Translations under genes and position numbers: made by a program
Source of the DNA: Trichosphaerium sp. ATCC 40318
Lineage: Eukaryota; Protista; Tubulinea
DNA length: 64,000 nt
Reading direction: 5' to 3'
Assembly: GCA_038496445.1 (NCBI GenBank)
Contig: JALMLS010000440.1
Coordinates: 124,001-188,000 of the forward strand
Shown here: positions 1 to 13,699 of the stretch, in pieces
Numbering within the stretch: the first letter of the stretch is position 1
Layout of the letters: every line of letters begins with the position of its first letter
Notes under the pieces: model-generated
The model's input: only the letters and a program-made list of their open reading frames with translations
Database searches by the model: none
What the model was told of the DNA's origin: nothing

Positions 1-35
1 AGTATATTGTATGTTAATGCAGTTTTAGATGTCAT
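1..35 (-). CDS. 5' start (MTSKTALTYNI...) of a probable F-box-like/MORN2 paralog that runs off the window edge
   Basis: Positions 20-380 are homologous to 15665-16030 (shared tagatgtcatttttgaa, gaggtggagagta..gtgaaatgta, ccaatatggtgtcta). The ATG at 35 sits where the ATG of the F-box/MORN gene at 15680 sits. Confidence 0.35.
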   Translation of the reverse strand, partial: MTSKTALTYNI

Positions 36-380
36 TTTTGAAAGATGCTACGTGTATTTAAGATAGAGCGAGATAAAAAGTCATGCAAAATCTCTACCTT
101 GCTTTTTTTTTTAAAGTTCTCTTTTGTTACTAACAATATGTGTAGATTGGGAGCTTTGAAATGTTGTCTGATCAAGAATGCATTTACTTATTGTACTCAA
201 TCTAATGAGCCAGATACTTTATCTATACCTAAAGATAAACAGATGTACTGAGGTGGAGAGTATGTGAAATGTAACTTAAATTGGATTTAAAAAGGTACAA
301 ATTTATTTATAAACAGGTAAAGATGAATCCAATATGGTGTCTACTTGTTGTTCAACATAGACATAGATGTTATAAGCTTG

Positions 381-1304
381 CTAGGACCGACTGGTATTTA
401 GAAGTTGTACAGAGTCAGTAGTATATTGTAAGTTAACATGTAAACGCCATGTGCCTTTTGGAATATCAATGAGAAATACTGTATTGTTGAGCACCATTTT
501 AAGCTCCCTCTCTGTAAGTGTCAAGGTCACTGTATCATCTTTGAAGGCTATTAAACCTGGGCATTTCTTTACAGAATCCCCATTATGTACATATTTTCCT
601 GACCAACCATACGCGGCTTTATTAAGGAAAGAACGCCTTGATGGAGTTACACCAGCACTTATAATGCCTATAAACAGCCAATCTCTCGTTCCATGTATCT
701 TGAGCGTCCATGTTACATTACTTTCGAAACTATTAGATCCAAATGCAGCACAATAACTTGATGTCTTAACCTTTTGAACAAGAGTTGGTGCAACTAAAAT
801 TTCGCCAACTGAAGTATCAGCAGAAAACGAATCAGTCAAAGGAAGGCTCACTAGAGCAGGAATGATACCAAAGTAATCAACAAGTGCTGAAAAGTCTTTG
901 TCAACATTCTTCAGTTCAATCACTTTATGAAGTGGTTCTCCAGGTTGCATGGAAGCTGATCTGAGAGATCGTAGAATGACTGTAAAGTACTCTGGGTCAA
1001 CATCTAAAAAGATGATACCATTCTTGTCGAGAGTGTGTTTACCCTCCCACCGCCCACTGAACATGGTTTCGAGCATTGATCCTTGAACAACACATAAAGT
1101 ACGTCGCGTGGTTGTCATGAGTGTGCCGCCAACGTTTAGTTCTATCACATCCTCTGTAGTCGTTTTTGAAGCCATTTGTAATTTTTCGTTTTCAAACTGC
1201 TTTTTGGATGCTTCAAGCTCTTTTGTCTGCTTCACAACTAATTCTGTTTGTATTTTGAGAGCCTTGTTAAAGTGTTGGTACAGGTTCGTTAGTTCCTCAG
1301 CCAT
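381..1304 (-). CDS. Intronless coiled-coil + BTB/POZ (KCTD/T1-type) + SPRY/B30.2-like protein, 307 aa; putative Cullin3 adaptor
   Basis: BTB motifs VIELNVGGTLMTTTRRTL, SMLETMFSGRW and IFLDVDPEYFTVIL. The beta-rich C-terminus (WTLKIHG, WLFIGII, AYGW, DDTVTLTL, WRLHVNL) is typical of SPRY-like domains. Confidence 0.85.
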   Translation of the reverse strand: MAEELTNLYQHFNKALKIQTELVVKQTKELEASKKQFENEKLQMASKTTTEDVIELNVGGTLMTTTRRTLCVVQGSMLETMFSGRWEGKHTLDKNGIIFLDVDPEYFTVILRSLRSASMQPGEPLHKVIELKNVDKDFSALVDYFGIIPALVSLPLTDSFSADTSVGEILVAPTLVQKVKTSSYCAAFGSNSFESNVTWTLKIHGTRDWLFIGIISAGVTPSRRSFLNKAAYGWSGKYVHNGDSVKKCPGLIAFKDDTVTLTLTERELKMVLNNTVFLIDIPKGTWRLHVNLQYTTDSVQLLNTSRS

Positions 1305-1746
1305 TAGCGTGTTGGGTATGCCTCTGTTATTTACTTTAAAATATGGATCTGTATCAAGTTTGGCAGTCAGTTAATTCAACCCAGTTTTGGAGTAGCAGCT
1401 TTTAACTAAAACTTGGTTTTAGCCATACCTCATTCTAAGTATCCTAAGAATCAACAATTAGAAATTCCAGAGATTTCTACGGAATCTCCCTGAACCTACA
1501 ACTAAAAAAACGAATTGATAACTTATTTACCTATAACACCGTCTCTAGTTAATTCTATTACAGCTGTACTAAATATCAAGATGACAAGCAAGATAACAAA
1601 AAGAACAAAGAAAGTGAAAAGATGAACTTTTCTTAATGAGATTGTTGGACAATCATTGAACTAACATGTTCGATAAATCTAACAAATATACATCTGCTTT
1701 TTATCGTTTATTACAAAACTAACTGCCTTTTTTAGGGATTTTTTAC

Positions 1747-4700
1747 CTAGTACGTTCCAGTCTTCTTTTCTAGTTCAATAGGGTCACCAATATTATTAAT
1801 CAATTGATCCAACTGTGTTGCTTCAACTGCATGTCCATTTTCTTGTAAACTTTGTCTTACTTTTGACTTGTTCATATATATCTGCTTGTATACGTTTGCT
1901 AGTGCTATATCTTCTATATTCTCTGGTATAATAGCAGGTAAGAAGTCATCATCCTCTTGACGCTGTGGAGGCATTGTTGCGATATCATCAAAAAAGGCGT
2001 TAATACCATCTTGATTCTCGTCAATAAAGTCGTTCAATACGACCATGTATGGCTCTTTACCACCTAGTTTTATACTATTTGATAAACTCTGTAGTGTTTT
2101 TGTTATGAGCACAAAAACACGACGTGCTTCTTTTGATGGTGGGTGACGAGAAAGACCATAAGATTCAGGTAAATTTATAGCTGGATTGAAAAATCTCAAA
2201 AAGATGAAACCACCAATCGCTGTGTACTTAGAGTTTGGAAATCTATTATGTACTTCTCTTCCAAGATGAGTGCAAATAACACGAAACTCACTAAAAGAAA
2301 ATTTAAGCTTCATAGTTATGTGTAGTAAAGGTAAAAAATTTTCAACTTAAAAATACTTTTCCCGGTTTTTTCTTAATATTGTACGTACACTGGGACTTCA
2401 TCTAGAGATCTTATTATCGTTGAGAGTACTTTCTGAGCTGTTAATAGTAATTGATACTTATTAACACGGACATCTTCTTCGTCTGGTTTTATTACTGGAT
2501 CAAGTTCAAACGTGAAATCAGCTGCTTCTTCGCCTATGTGCAAAAAAAAAAAAAGTAAGAACAAACACTAAAAAAAAACTACATGGGTAACAAACCAAAT
2601 TAAAAAACGTGGTTCAAAAAAGAATATTCTATTAAAAATAGACGTATTTGGGCAACTGCTTTAGTCCAAAGTGAACGAAACAAGATAAATAAACATCAAA
2701 AAGGAAACAGCAAAAAAACAACTTTTTTTTGACAATTTTTTTCCAAACCGTGTACCTTTTGTACGTTCCATTAACAAGAATATATCATTACTTAAAGTAT
2801 TCCATAGATATTGTAATCCGACTAACTTTGAGTAGAACTTAAGCATCTTCGATGCCATCGAGTTTGATCTAAACAAAGTAGACTCCGAAGCTGCTCCGGC
2901 TACCTCATCTGAAATGAACTTTTTTATCAATCCAAGCGATCCTTCATGACTCTCGAACGTATAAACAAGTGCTTGAGCAACTGCATCTTGTTCTGTCGCT
3001 TTTGTAATGTCTACAATCGCACTTGCTATTTTTAGACTTTCATCCTCAACCAACATTCTTTTTAAGTCTTGTAGCATCTTTACACGTTCTGTATCTTTTT
3101 TGCTTACACGTGCATTCATAATAGCATTACCAAACATGATTGGTTCAAAGTTTGGCGGACCAGGTTTTCTCTAAACAGAGGAATAAGAACAAAGTCATTT
3201 TTTTCGGTTTTTTAGGCTTGATTTTCTCATAAAATTATTCAATGCAAGTCTTGCCTGTAAGATTGATCGATCAGAATCTCCTCTGTATTTGTAAATTATG
3301 AAGGCTATGATTAGAGCAATGATGATCAATATGATAATGATTGGTATCACAATAGGGATAACGTCTGGTGAGAAAAAGTTTTAGCAAGAAAGTTTTGTTA
3401 CAGAATTTGCTGAAACTACATCTACTTGCCTAAGCCGTCATCCGTTCCAGATCCTAGTACTGGGCATGTATCTCCTCTGACAAGTTTTGTAGAGCAATCC
3501 TCTGAAGAATATTAATGGCAACAATCTCACATTTAATTGTTTTTGGTATGCCTTGAAAAAAAAAGTACCTTGTTTCAAACACCTTGGTGTGCCTTCTTGA
3601 CACCATCCACATTGAATATTTGCAATACAATTACCACAACTAGCAAGAGCAGCACAACCTATGTTGATGGAAAAGTAAGTAACTCACATAGACAAATTTC
3701 TTCTTCGACTCAAAAAAAAATGTGCCTTCCAAAAATAGAGAAACTGTATTTCCTGTTACACCAATTGTGGCATTAGCCACTTGACCATTTTTTGTTTGGT
3801 TGATAAACTGCCCTGTAATAGCTAAACAAGTTGTTAGTACAATGACCACTAGTATACTCTTGGTACAACAACTACAATCAAAATACTAAAAATGAGAAAA
3901 AAAACAGAAAAAACTTTAAACGTGTTTTTTCACAAAAGACGTATTTGATACTTTCACAGTTTGGATGAATGCGTTTACTCTGACAAAAGTTTAAAAATAC
4001 TTACTGGTATTCGATGAGATAAGAACAAGTCTGCTCGTTTTGTTGAATGCTGTTGATATCGTTGGGACAATAACAATGCCTCCAGATATTTCAGCTCGTG
4101 TGGACGTAATAGTGTCGTATTCTGCTGGTAGCTCTCCGCCCACTTTATAATGGATCGTTCCTGTGTCTTCCTATAAGGTGGTATGTGAGAATCACAAACC
4201 GAGTTCTTTCAAAAAAAAAATTGGTATATGCAAACACCACGTGATAATGTTTAAACCTTTGTTGTTTTTACTATTTTTTAGAATGTAATAATTTTGATAA
4301 AATAGGGCTCTTTTGACAAAGAGAAGGGTACTCTGGAAAAAAGCTTTCCTCCTTGATAAACGAAGGTATGCGAAAAAAAATTGTTACTTCAATTTGACGT
4401 ACATTCTTCAATAGACCCCTAATATTCATTAAACGTCTTGGAGGAGGATCTACATCTGATGGCCCAACATGTAAGTTACCAGTATTGAATAGATCTCCAG
4501 TAAGTTCACCTTCAAGCTAAAACAAAACTGTTAACTTTCTTCCTTTTTACTCAAAAACAAAGCAAAAACATTGTTTCTTGGATTCCTGTTTTCTCGTACT
4601 TCAAGTGTGCCATTATTTCTAACTGTTGCTTCAATAGTACCATCAAATACTTTCATTGTTCCTTCTTGTGTTAGGGTACCATTAACACGAAGTGCAGTCC

Positions 4701-7700
4701 CTTCACCGCCCATATTTATAAAAGTTTGGCCTCCAGTTCGTAGTTCATCAATATTAAAGTTAAAAACACCATTATCCATAGTTAGCGGCTATTTGAATAA
4801 ATAAGTTAGATAATCATGAATCTCATATTAGAACTTATTTTAAAAAAGTACTTACAGCTAAGATTGCGAGCGAGTGAGGAGAAGTACCACCTAAAAGAAG
4901 CCTGTAAGGTAAAATTTCTGAAGGGAAAAAACTATTCAAAGGAAGTTCTCTGATGCAGCAGTAGTAACATAACTTTAGGTTAGGCATCTATCACCACAAA
5001 ATATATGGAAAATTGTAGGAAATAAATTGATTTTTCTTTTCGGTGAGTTTGAGGACGAAAAGCAGGTTACACAAAAAACACTTACCCTGAATGTCTACAC
5101 TATTGCCTGAAATTGTCACAGAATTCTTTACAGTTAAACATCCATTGGATAATATTTTAGATCCTCCAGCGATTGCAGCAGATAGTGATAATGTATCAGC
5201 AACCAATCCATCACCACCCATGTCCAATGTACCTTGCATCCAACTTAAATCGCCAACTTCAAAAGAAGTTCCACTTCGTTTTGTGGCACTCTTTACTAGT
5301 TGAACAGTTGCATTGCCATTACACGTAATTGCTGAAATCTTTGGTACCCCCTAACCACGGTAATTAAAGAAACTGATTACTTGTTCGAATAAAGTGTACC
5401 TCTAATATACGTAAAATGCTGTTACCTTTACTTCGAAGTTAGTACACTAAATAAAAAAAATTGACAAAAAACAATTCACCTGTTGCTACTACGCTTCCAT
5501 CAATACTTGATACTCCCTCAACTGATAGAGTACCGCCTGATATAACAATAGAACTATTAAGAGAAATACTGGTTCCTCTTAATACAAGAATGCCTCTTTT
5601 AATCTCAATACTACCAGCAATGTCCAACGTGCCGGTTCCTATTTTTCGAAGAGAAAAATAAGAAAAAAGGTTTGTTTCTTCTATCTGTCTGTCTTACCTG
5701 TTAAAATAGCTTCAGCCGTATCTTCAGGCATATCAATGATTATGTTATTGATAGACAAGGATGATCCTTCACCAACTGAAATAGTACCACCACTAGCTCC
5801 GTTATACACAAGTGTATCAGAAACAGCCAATGAGCTTCCTAATAAAACATCATTAGGCGATTTTACCGTACTTGATTTTGTCATTGTTTTGAATAAGTTG
5901 GAGACGTTAATTAGTCGTAAAAAATAGTATACAATCTTTGGAGAGTATTCATATTTTTTCACGTGTTACAAAGAAAACGTGATTCAAAAAATACAGTGCA
6001 AAATCAAGTTCTTTTTAAAATCTTTACTATTGTTACGCACGTGTTATATCAACCGATCCAGACGTTACTGTCATATTATTTAATCCTGATGTTATATCTA
6101 TAATAGATACAGGCGAAGACGAATTGTTCGAACTAATCACAAGGCCCTACAACGAAGAATAGGTCAGATGACTTTTAAAAAAAACACTTTCTATAACAGC
6201 TTTCATTTGCCATTTTTTGTTCGTACATTCATGGTGATAGGAACAGAAGCCATCAAGGATCCTCCTGATAATATAACATTCGCTGTAGAAACTTGATCTG
6301 CCGAAGTGTAAAGAAAGCTAGCTCCAGCAGATTCTACGTTCAACCTCCGTTCAATCGTATGTGCACTAAAGTCCATGTCACCTGATTCGATAGTGAGGGT
6401 CCCGTTTCCCGTTACTTGTAAAGGTGTAACAACCTGTATCATCATTAATGTGATTATTCGTTACTGGGAGTAAGGAAGTTTAGGGTAGTATCAAACACTC
6501 AGTAAGATGTTTTTTGAGTACAAAACAAAAAGTTATAAAATAATTTGTCATGCGCACTCTTGCTATAATCAGGTTGCCTCCTTCTTCGAGTGTATGACTA
6601 TTTCCAAAATCATAATCATCAACCCTCAAAGTACCTCCATTTTTTAGAATTAAAACACCAATATTACTTATTAGAGTAGTGGCAAAGACCTGTCATTTCT
6701 GAATTAGTAAAGTACAATGAAAAAAAGAATAAAAACAGTTGTTCTATGAGGCTTTTCTTACTGTTGATGGTCCGTAAATTGATATAATACCCGCATCCGC
6801 GTTAAACATACTGAAGCTCATTTCTTCGGCAAATATTAAGGAAATGGTGCCTAAGTAAAAGTCATAAACAAAATAATCTTGAAGCACAAAACATTGGAAT
6901 TTAAAAAAAGTCACAGTACAGTTCTATTCGTTCGTTCTTATTTTTTATTTCTTGCCTAACCACACAGAAATACCTTATGTTTTATTTTGGCAAAGAAACA
7001 GTTGTTTTCACATGCGGAAAAGTAAGAATTTTTAACGAATAGAACTGGTATCTATACAAATACTTTTTTACGCTTTTCTTGATTTACGCTATCTTACCTC
7101 GTCTCGTAATTAAAACTGGATTACTAGTCCACGTTACATCCCATCTCATTTCTACTCTATCTTGTAAAGAAACATTTGTAGCTTCGTATCTTGATGTCTC
7201 AGAAAATGTAACATTACAATCTGAAAACTGCACATCACCACCTCCAAGAATTGAACCACTAATAAAAACTTTTGGTATGAAAGTTGAAGCTGAGGCAGGT
7301 GATCCCTAAAAGACGATTTGGTTATAAGTGATAACAGAACTTTCTAGTTTCTTGTAATTACTTACATCTACCACCATCTCGTTGTTATTCATTTGAACAG
7401 TTCCTTCAAGTCGAAGAGAAGCAATACTTGAAAACCGAAGTATTCCTACAAAGAAAAAAATAAGAAAACGAGTGGCTATCACTTCAAAAGAAAGCAAATC
7501 CAAGTTCATTGTTTTGAACCAGTCAAATATGTGTATACACTTACCGTTCATTCCTATTGAAGCAACGCCTGTGTGCACTAAATTAACAATTACAGCGTCT
7601 TCTCGATTTTGAGAATCAGAAGACGTAGCGCGGATCTCAAGGATACTGTCCTGGACAGTAATCGCTTCAACGTTAACATTGTAGGTTTGCAATGCTGTAA

Positions 7701-8932
7701 TACCAGTCAGGCCGTCGAAGTTGATCGAATCTTGTAAACCAGTCTGTTCATTAGCGTTGACTTCAGCAATGCTGTAAAGAAGTTAGAAAATCTAGTTGTT
7801 TCATGCTTCACAATCCAAAAAATAACACAAAGTGTTTCACTAGTACTCTCAACGCCAAGACGTCCAACATGACTTTTTTTGAATCAGCCTGAGTTGGTAG
7901 TACTATGCTAAACACTGAAAGCAAAAAATATCCAACACTTGCTTTGTAAAAGCAAAATAAAAAGTCAAGGTAAAAAACAGTAGCGATGGATTGTAAACGC
8001 TTCGATTTTGGTTAAATGTAAAAATGAACAAAAATTATGTAAACGTACTTCAATGTTATTGTATTTTCGTTAAACAGCATGTCTAGAACAGGAGAATTTC
8101 CACTAGGGTCTGGTTTAAATATCACAGATAAAGGAGCCTCAAACGCGACGGATCGAACCAGTACTCGTCCGCCTACAGTAAACTCAAGAGCTGTGTTTGA
8201 ACCATAGTTTGCTCTATAAAAAAAAACCTGTTGAGTTCCCCACAGAGTTTCACTTTGAAACTTACTCGATTAACTCTAATATTTTACCCAGTGAACTTGC
8301 AGGGAATAAGAACGAAGTTTTATCAGCGTTGGAAGTTAATCTACACATATTAGACTTTTTGTTGAACCACAATTTTATCATCGATTTCATACCTTGTCTT
8401 GAAACCGAACGATTGTGCACCTGAAAGTACAAAGTTTATATCAGCGCCATTAGGGATATTTACAGTATTCCATTCATAATGATTTCCTGCGACTAATCCA
8501 ATGGCACCATTTTCCAGACCTATTTTTTTTTGGGTTTATTTCAATCCAAACTAAAGTGATTTTTTTTTTTTCTGACAAAAAAATACCTGTATCATTGAAA
8601 AGGAGTGTAGCTGTGGTATCTGATGTGAAAACTATATCGTCCATTATCTCAGGGAGTGTTTGATCTCCATCTACTACCCAATTCGCGACCTACGCGAGAA
8701 GAAACGGATGTTAGTGTTAAATACTTGTTTGGTTTTTTTTTTGTGGTTTTTTGAAACGGAAACGTACAGCGTCTACACTACCCTCTGATACTCCGCTATT
8801 CCACGTAAACTCTCTTGCCCGTGTGGCTTGTAATAAGCATAGAATAACTACTTTCTATTTACATCTCGCAGCGCTGATAATTTTTCTTTTTTTATAAACT
8901 GTACCTAAAGCCACTATCGAAGTACGAAACAT
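1747..8932 (-). CDS. Multi-exon type I membrane protein: signal peptide, long Gly/Thr/Ser/Val-rich beta-solenoid-like ectodomain, one TM helix, cytoplasmic RasGAP domain
   Basis: Spliced start MFRTSIVALVILCLLQATRA (ATG 8932). TM exon VIPIVIPIIIILIIIALIIAFIIYKYR at about 3283-3363. RasGAP signatures LFRSNSMASK and GGFIFLRFFNPAI. All intervening exons are on the same strand. Not every internal junction was checked. Confidence 0.8.
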
Positions 8933-9762
8933 CACGTGCGTATGCCTGTTGGTTTATTTTTACTCTACTAAAAATTATGTTAAATAGCTCTTTTATTGTC
9001 TGTACCTCGTAGTGCTCTATGTATTACTTATTAATACTGGAGAAGTGCGGTGAATAGAAACAACTTGCGTGATAATAAGTGTGCACAAAACTGGTTCAAA
9101 CTACTTAACGAAACAAAAAAAATCGGAATCCACAGGCCTGTGAACACAGTTTGGTTGTTTATTTTGGAATAATGTATATCACGTGGGCTTTTTTTGTTTT
9201 TATTTTTGGAGACTTTTGGTTACTGCCAAACCGCTTTTTGGTGTCGATGCAGTAGCGACTCTCAGAAAAGATCAAGCTTGAAAGGTTTTAAACAGTTCAA
9301 AAGCTGTACAACGACAATTACTCTAACTGAACTCTGTCACCAAGTCCAAGGTTAGTACTTATAAAACTGGGCAACAGAAGGGCGGTACAACGTTTTGGTT
9401 AGTCTATTTCTGTATTAAGCCTAAAGAAAACACGTGGTGTAGAACGCAATGTAGCACAGCTACGGCCACACTTTGATTCGTTCGCTTTTAAGTCACGTGA
9501 CATTTTGTAGTTTAGGCGCTGTCAAGACTAGCCTGGGGTACTAGAAACCCATCTATCGTAATACAGGAGCTCTTGATTGTTCAGATAAATTCTTTTTTGA
9601 TACCATAAAAAAAATGGGCTTCACGTGTTTTTACACTACTCAGCCACGGCGTAAACGTAGTTCGAAATTAATTAGTTTGACTCATAAAAGTTGTTTGAAA
9701 AAATAAAAGTAGTAACTGGTATATTGAGCAGCACCAGTCGCGAATAATACAATTTAAACAAT

Positions 9763-11447
9763 ATGAGCTACTTAGAGAATCAAATACGCGAAACAATCGG
9801 TGGTAGCGGCGGAGGCGTTGCTATTGTTCTTGTGGGACATCCACTAGGTATGTTGTGTGTATTGGTAGCGTACTAAGCGCTTTAGATACAATCAAAGTAA
9901 GAATGCAAACTATGAAAGTAATTCAAGGTACAACGACGGAAACGTACCAACTATGCTAAAATAGCGTCGAATAGGGCAAGCACCGCCTTACAAGAGCACC
10001 CTTGATTGTGCACTGAAAATGATGTCCCGAGAAGGCCCTTGGAGTTTGTACAAAGGGTGCGTAGATAGTTAAAACCTTTATGAAATTACCGAACACTAAA
10101 ATTAGTTTCAACCCGACCGTTATGCGCTTAAAACCTTTCCTACGCTTCATTGTTGCGCTGTAGCGTTTTCTATCGCTCACGCGTTTATCTCTAAAACTTT
10201 ACGTTTAATCGCCCTAAAAACTACTCCTTTCTGCTCTAAAACAAATTCCTTTGCGTGTGCAACGAAGGAAAACGAAACTGTTATTGAGACGTCATCGCTC
10301 ACTGAAATCTAGAGTTACAGCTCCGCTACTAGGTGTAACTCCTATGTACTCTCTATGCTTCTTTGGCTACGGTATCGGCAAATCAATTTTCACAACTGAG
10401 GATAACTTTAAAAACTTGGATTTACTACCAATAGCATTAGCAGGTACGCTTGTACACTCCAAGAACGAAAATAACGCATTTGCGGCTCATACTCAGATTC
10501 TTCATAAAAATTACATTTTGCATTTAACGTCGTTTAAAACGGCTCAATGTCAATATCATGTGTTAAACGAGCGTAGGTGCTACCTCTGGGCTATTTACAA
10601 CACCTATATTGGCTCCTTTAGAGCGCGTGAAATGTATCCTTCAGACACAAACTGCAAATCTTAAACCAGGCGAAAAACCAAGATTTAAGGGCGTTCCAGA
10701 TCTTGGCATGCATCTATGGAAGACTGGAGGTACGGCTGGCGTATTTGTGTTGCCTCAAGAGGCTCATAAAGACTATTTTTCTCTGAGTGGAATTTTTTTT
10801 GTTTCATTTGTACTTTGGCAGGTGTACTTAAATTTCTTGCCAATTAGGACTCGAGTCTATCAATCGTGGATTTTCTGCAACTATGTTACGTGATTGTGTA
10901 GCGTCCATGGCATATTTTGCTGGATATGAATGGTTCAAGAGCACTTTACAAGTAAATGGTAAGCTTGAAGAATTATTAATTCCAACGAAAGAAATATTTA
11001 CAGTTGTGTAGACCAGACTTCTTGGGGACAACGTACATGGAGAACTCTTGTAGCTGGTGGTATGGCTGGTGTACTCAACTGGCTTCCAGCAATCCCTATA
11101 GACACTTTAAAGGTAAGAAAAATTTGTTTAAGAAACGCTTGCGGATCATTGCGTTTGCGTGGTGGTAACAGTTTTCTAGTCCCGCTTACAAACGGCTCCT
11201 GATGGAAAATATCCAAATGGTATCAGATCCGTGTTTATGGAGATTTACAGAGCTGAAGGTATTCTTCTTGTAGACGAAATAATCATTTCTCATTTTTTTC
11301 GTAGGTATGAATACTTTCGCCACTTTGTACAGAGGATTTGGACCTGTAATGATCCGTGCTTTCCCAGCAAATGCTGCATGCTTCTTAGGTTATGAAACAA
11401 CAAAGCAAATATTAGAAATGTTCTGGGCAAGGAAACAGCTTGAGTAA
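9763..11447 (+). CDS. SLC25A20: Mitochondrial carrier, carnitine/acylcarnitine translocase-like (8 exons)
   Basis: The spliced translation gives [68 protein letters not shown] and [14 protein letters not shown]. All introns are GT-AG and in frame. Confidence 0.9.
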
Positions 11448-11695
11448 TAAGGTCAACAATATTTTTCAAAAAAAATCAAGTAATTAATTCTACAACCAAA
11501 AATAAATAACCATTATTCAGTAACCTAACGAGAAAAGGACAACTTTATTGGTTTGTATGCATGCGCACTATTAAGTACCGCGTATGAGACACGTATTTTA
11601 ATGGCTTTAGGCTTATTGAAGTTGACAAGGCGTTTTTTGAAAATGTTTGAGTTTTCTTTTTTGATTGTTTAGCTTTAGTTGTACGTTAATTGCAC

Positions 11696-13699
11696 ATGCA
11701 AGCAGCTAAACTAGCGCGTGCTGTTACCTCTAAGAGCGCTTCGACTCATTTGCGTAAACCTCAGCAAGAATTATACGATTATCTGCAGAAAACGCCTAAT
11801 CCTGAATATGACGTTGTTAAAAAGCTTGTAAAGGAAGAAACTAAGGAGTTCAAGGGGTAAGCGAGTTAATCGAGCGTAAACTCACCATATCACTACATAA
11901 ATGACCTCTCTTCGCGTATTTAATGCATACGGACAAATATAAAAGCGTTTGACTCATAATTTTAGGCTTCTAAGCGACTGGCCTTCAGAACATGTTTTGA
12001 CGCCTTTGGAGCTTGTAAAACCAACGTACTCTCGCCATATATCGCTTTTGTTGGAGCATGGCGCCAATCCTCACAAATATCACAAAACCAACCCTATACT
12101 GTCTGCAATGCCTCACGATGAAGCGTTAAAACCATACGTCGATAACAAAGTTGATTTAACTTTTAAAGAAGACGGTAGAAGCCTCTACTTTGTAAGTTTT
12201 TTCTGTTCTTGAAGTGAAAGTTTATTGAGTGATAGGTTGATTGTGCTTCCTCAAACTTTTCTCAGCTTGGATACGCTAGAGTACCTCTAGCTCCTGATTC
12301 TAAAGGAGATTGGCCTTGGCATGTATGTCCTGGCAGTAGCCTAACAAGACAGTTTAGGTGCAGACATTTCGATTTGTCTTCAAAATCTCATGAGAACAAT
12401 ACTGTTCTCGACATTGTATTCGCACAGAGCCACTTTTACTCCTCGTTTATGAAGAGTACGTTCATTCTTCGGATTATACCCAATTTTTTGTCTTATCACG
12501 TGATTTAGATTTTTTTGAAATGTGGATACCATGGGACTTCACAACGAAGGATCAACCGCTTGCAACATATTTATTGAACAAAGACAAAGAATCGTTTATT
12601 GAAGCTAAAGATCAACTATCCATCGTATCAATATTTAAAATATTCAACGTAGCAAACGCATCAAAGTATTATGGTACTTGTACATCATGGAGTCTAATGG
12701 TTGCTATGGCGTTAAGAGATAAGACAGCTATTGAGTTTATAAAACCAAATATAACACGTGATATTGTTAAAACTGTTTTACCGAAAACAAAGCTTTCACC
12801 ACTTCATGTTGCTTATATGTCAAATTCAATGGATATTATACCAATAATAGAAGACCTTTCAGATGGTTTTAATGAACCTGACTCTAAAGGAAATACACCA
12901 GATGATTACGCAAGACTTTTTACTGTTGTAAAACCTGATTGTTTTACTGTTTTGTACAAAGGAAAGATTTACGAGATGGATACCCCAGATTTTGAGAAAT
13001 GGACTGGTGTTGAGATTACTTCTTATCCACATATACCTAATGAATTTTCATTTGAAGCAGGAAAGTTTCTTTTCGAACCACCTGAGTACGATGAAGAAGT
13101 AACAGAAAGTGGATCAGATCATCTTCCTTTTTTTAAAAGTTCTCATGTCGTTGATGCTAAGAATATACTCATTTCTTATATTAATCCTAAGTTCGAATTT
13201 GGTGCATTTGCCATGAGGAAGTTATCAAAAGGAGATTATGTCTGTTCTTATGGAGGAAAACTTACTCACAAAGACGCTCCTTTCAGAATTGACATGATCG
13301 AAGAAAAACAATCTTCTTATACTTTTCTTACTGGATCAGATGAGTGGTCTATTGATGGATCATATATGAGATCGCTAGGAGGGTTTATTAACCATTCACA
13401 AAAACCTAACCTTGAAGTACGTCTTTGAGTCCACAAGCAGTTGAAGCAAATTCCTGTTTTTTTCTCACGTTTAGTATCAGCATCCCTTGAACTTATTATT
13501 TTCTTCTTACTTTTTGTTTGTTTAGACACAGTATGTTTTTGATGGTGGGTTATGTAAGATTTACTTTACTGCAAAGAGAGATATAGAGCCATTAGAGCAA
13601 TTGTATATTGACTATGGCGAGCGTTACTGGAACAAAAACAATATGCCTTCAAAACCAAAGCTACATAAGCTATCACCACACTACCTGGAACAATTGTAA
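11696..13699 (+). CDS. Ankyrin-repeat + SET-domain methyltransferase
   Basis: Ankyrin motifs LLLEHGANP, LSPLHVAY and PDSKGNTPDDYA. SET motifs FGAFAMRKL, GGFINHSQKPNL and, in the last exon, FTAKRDIEPLEQLYIDYG. The start is inferred (MQAAKLARAV...). Confidence 0.8.
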
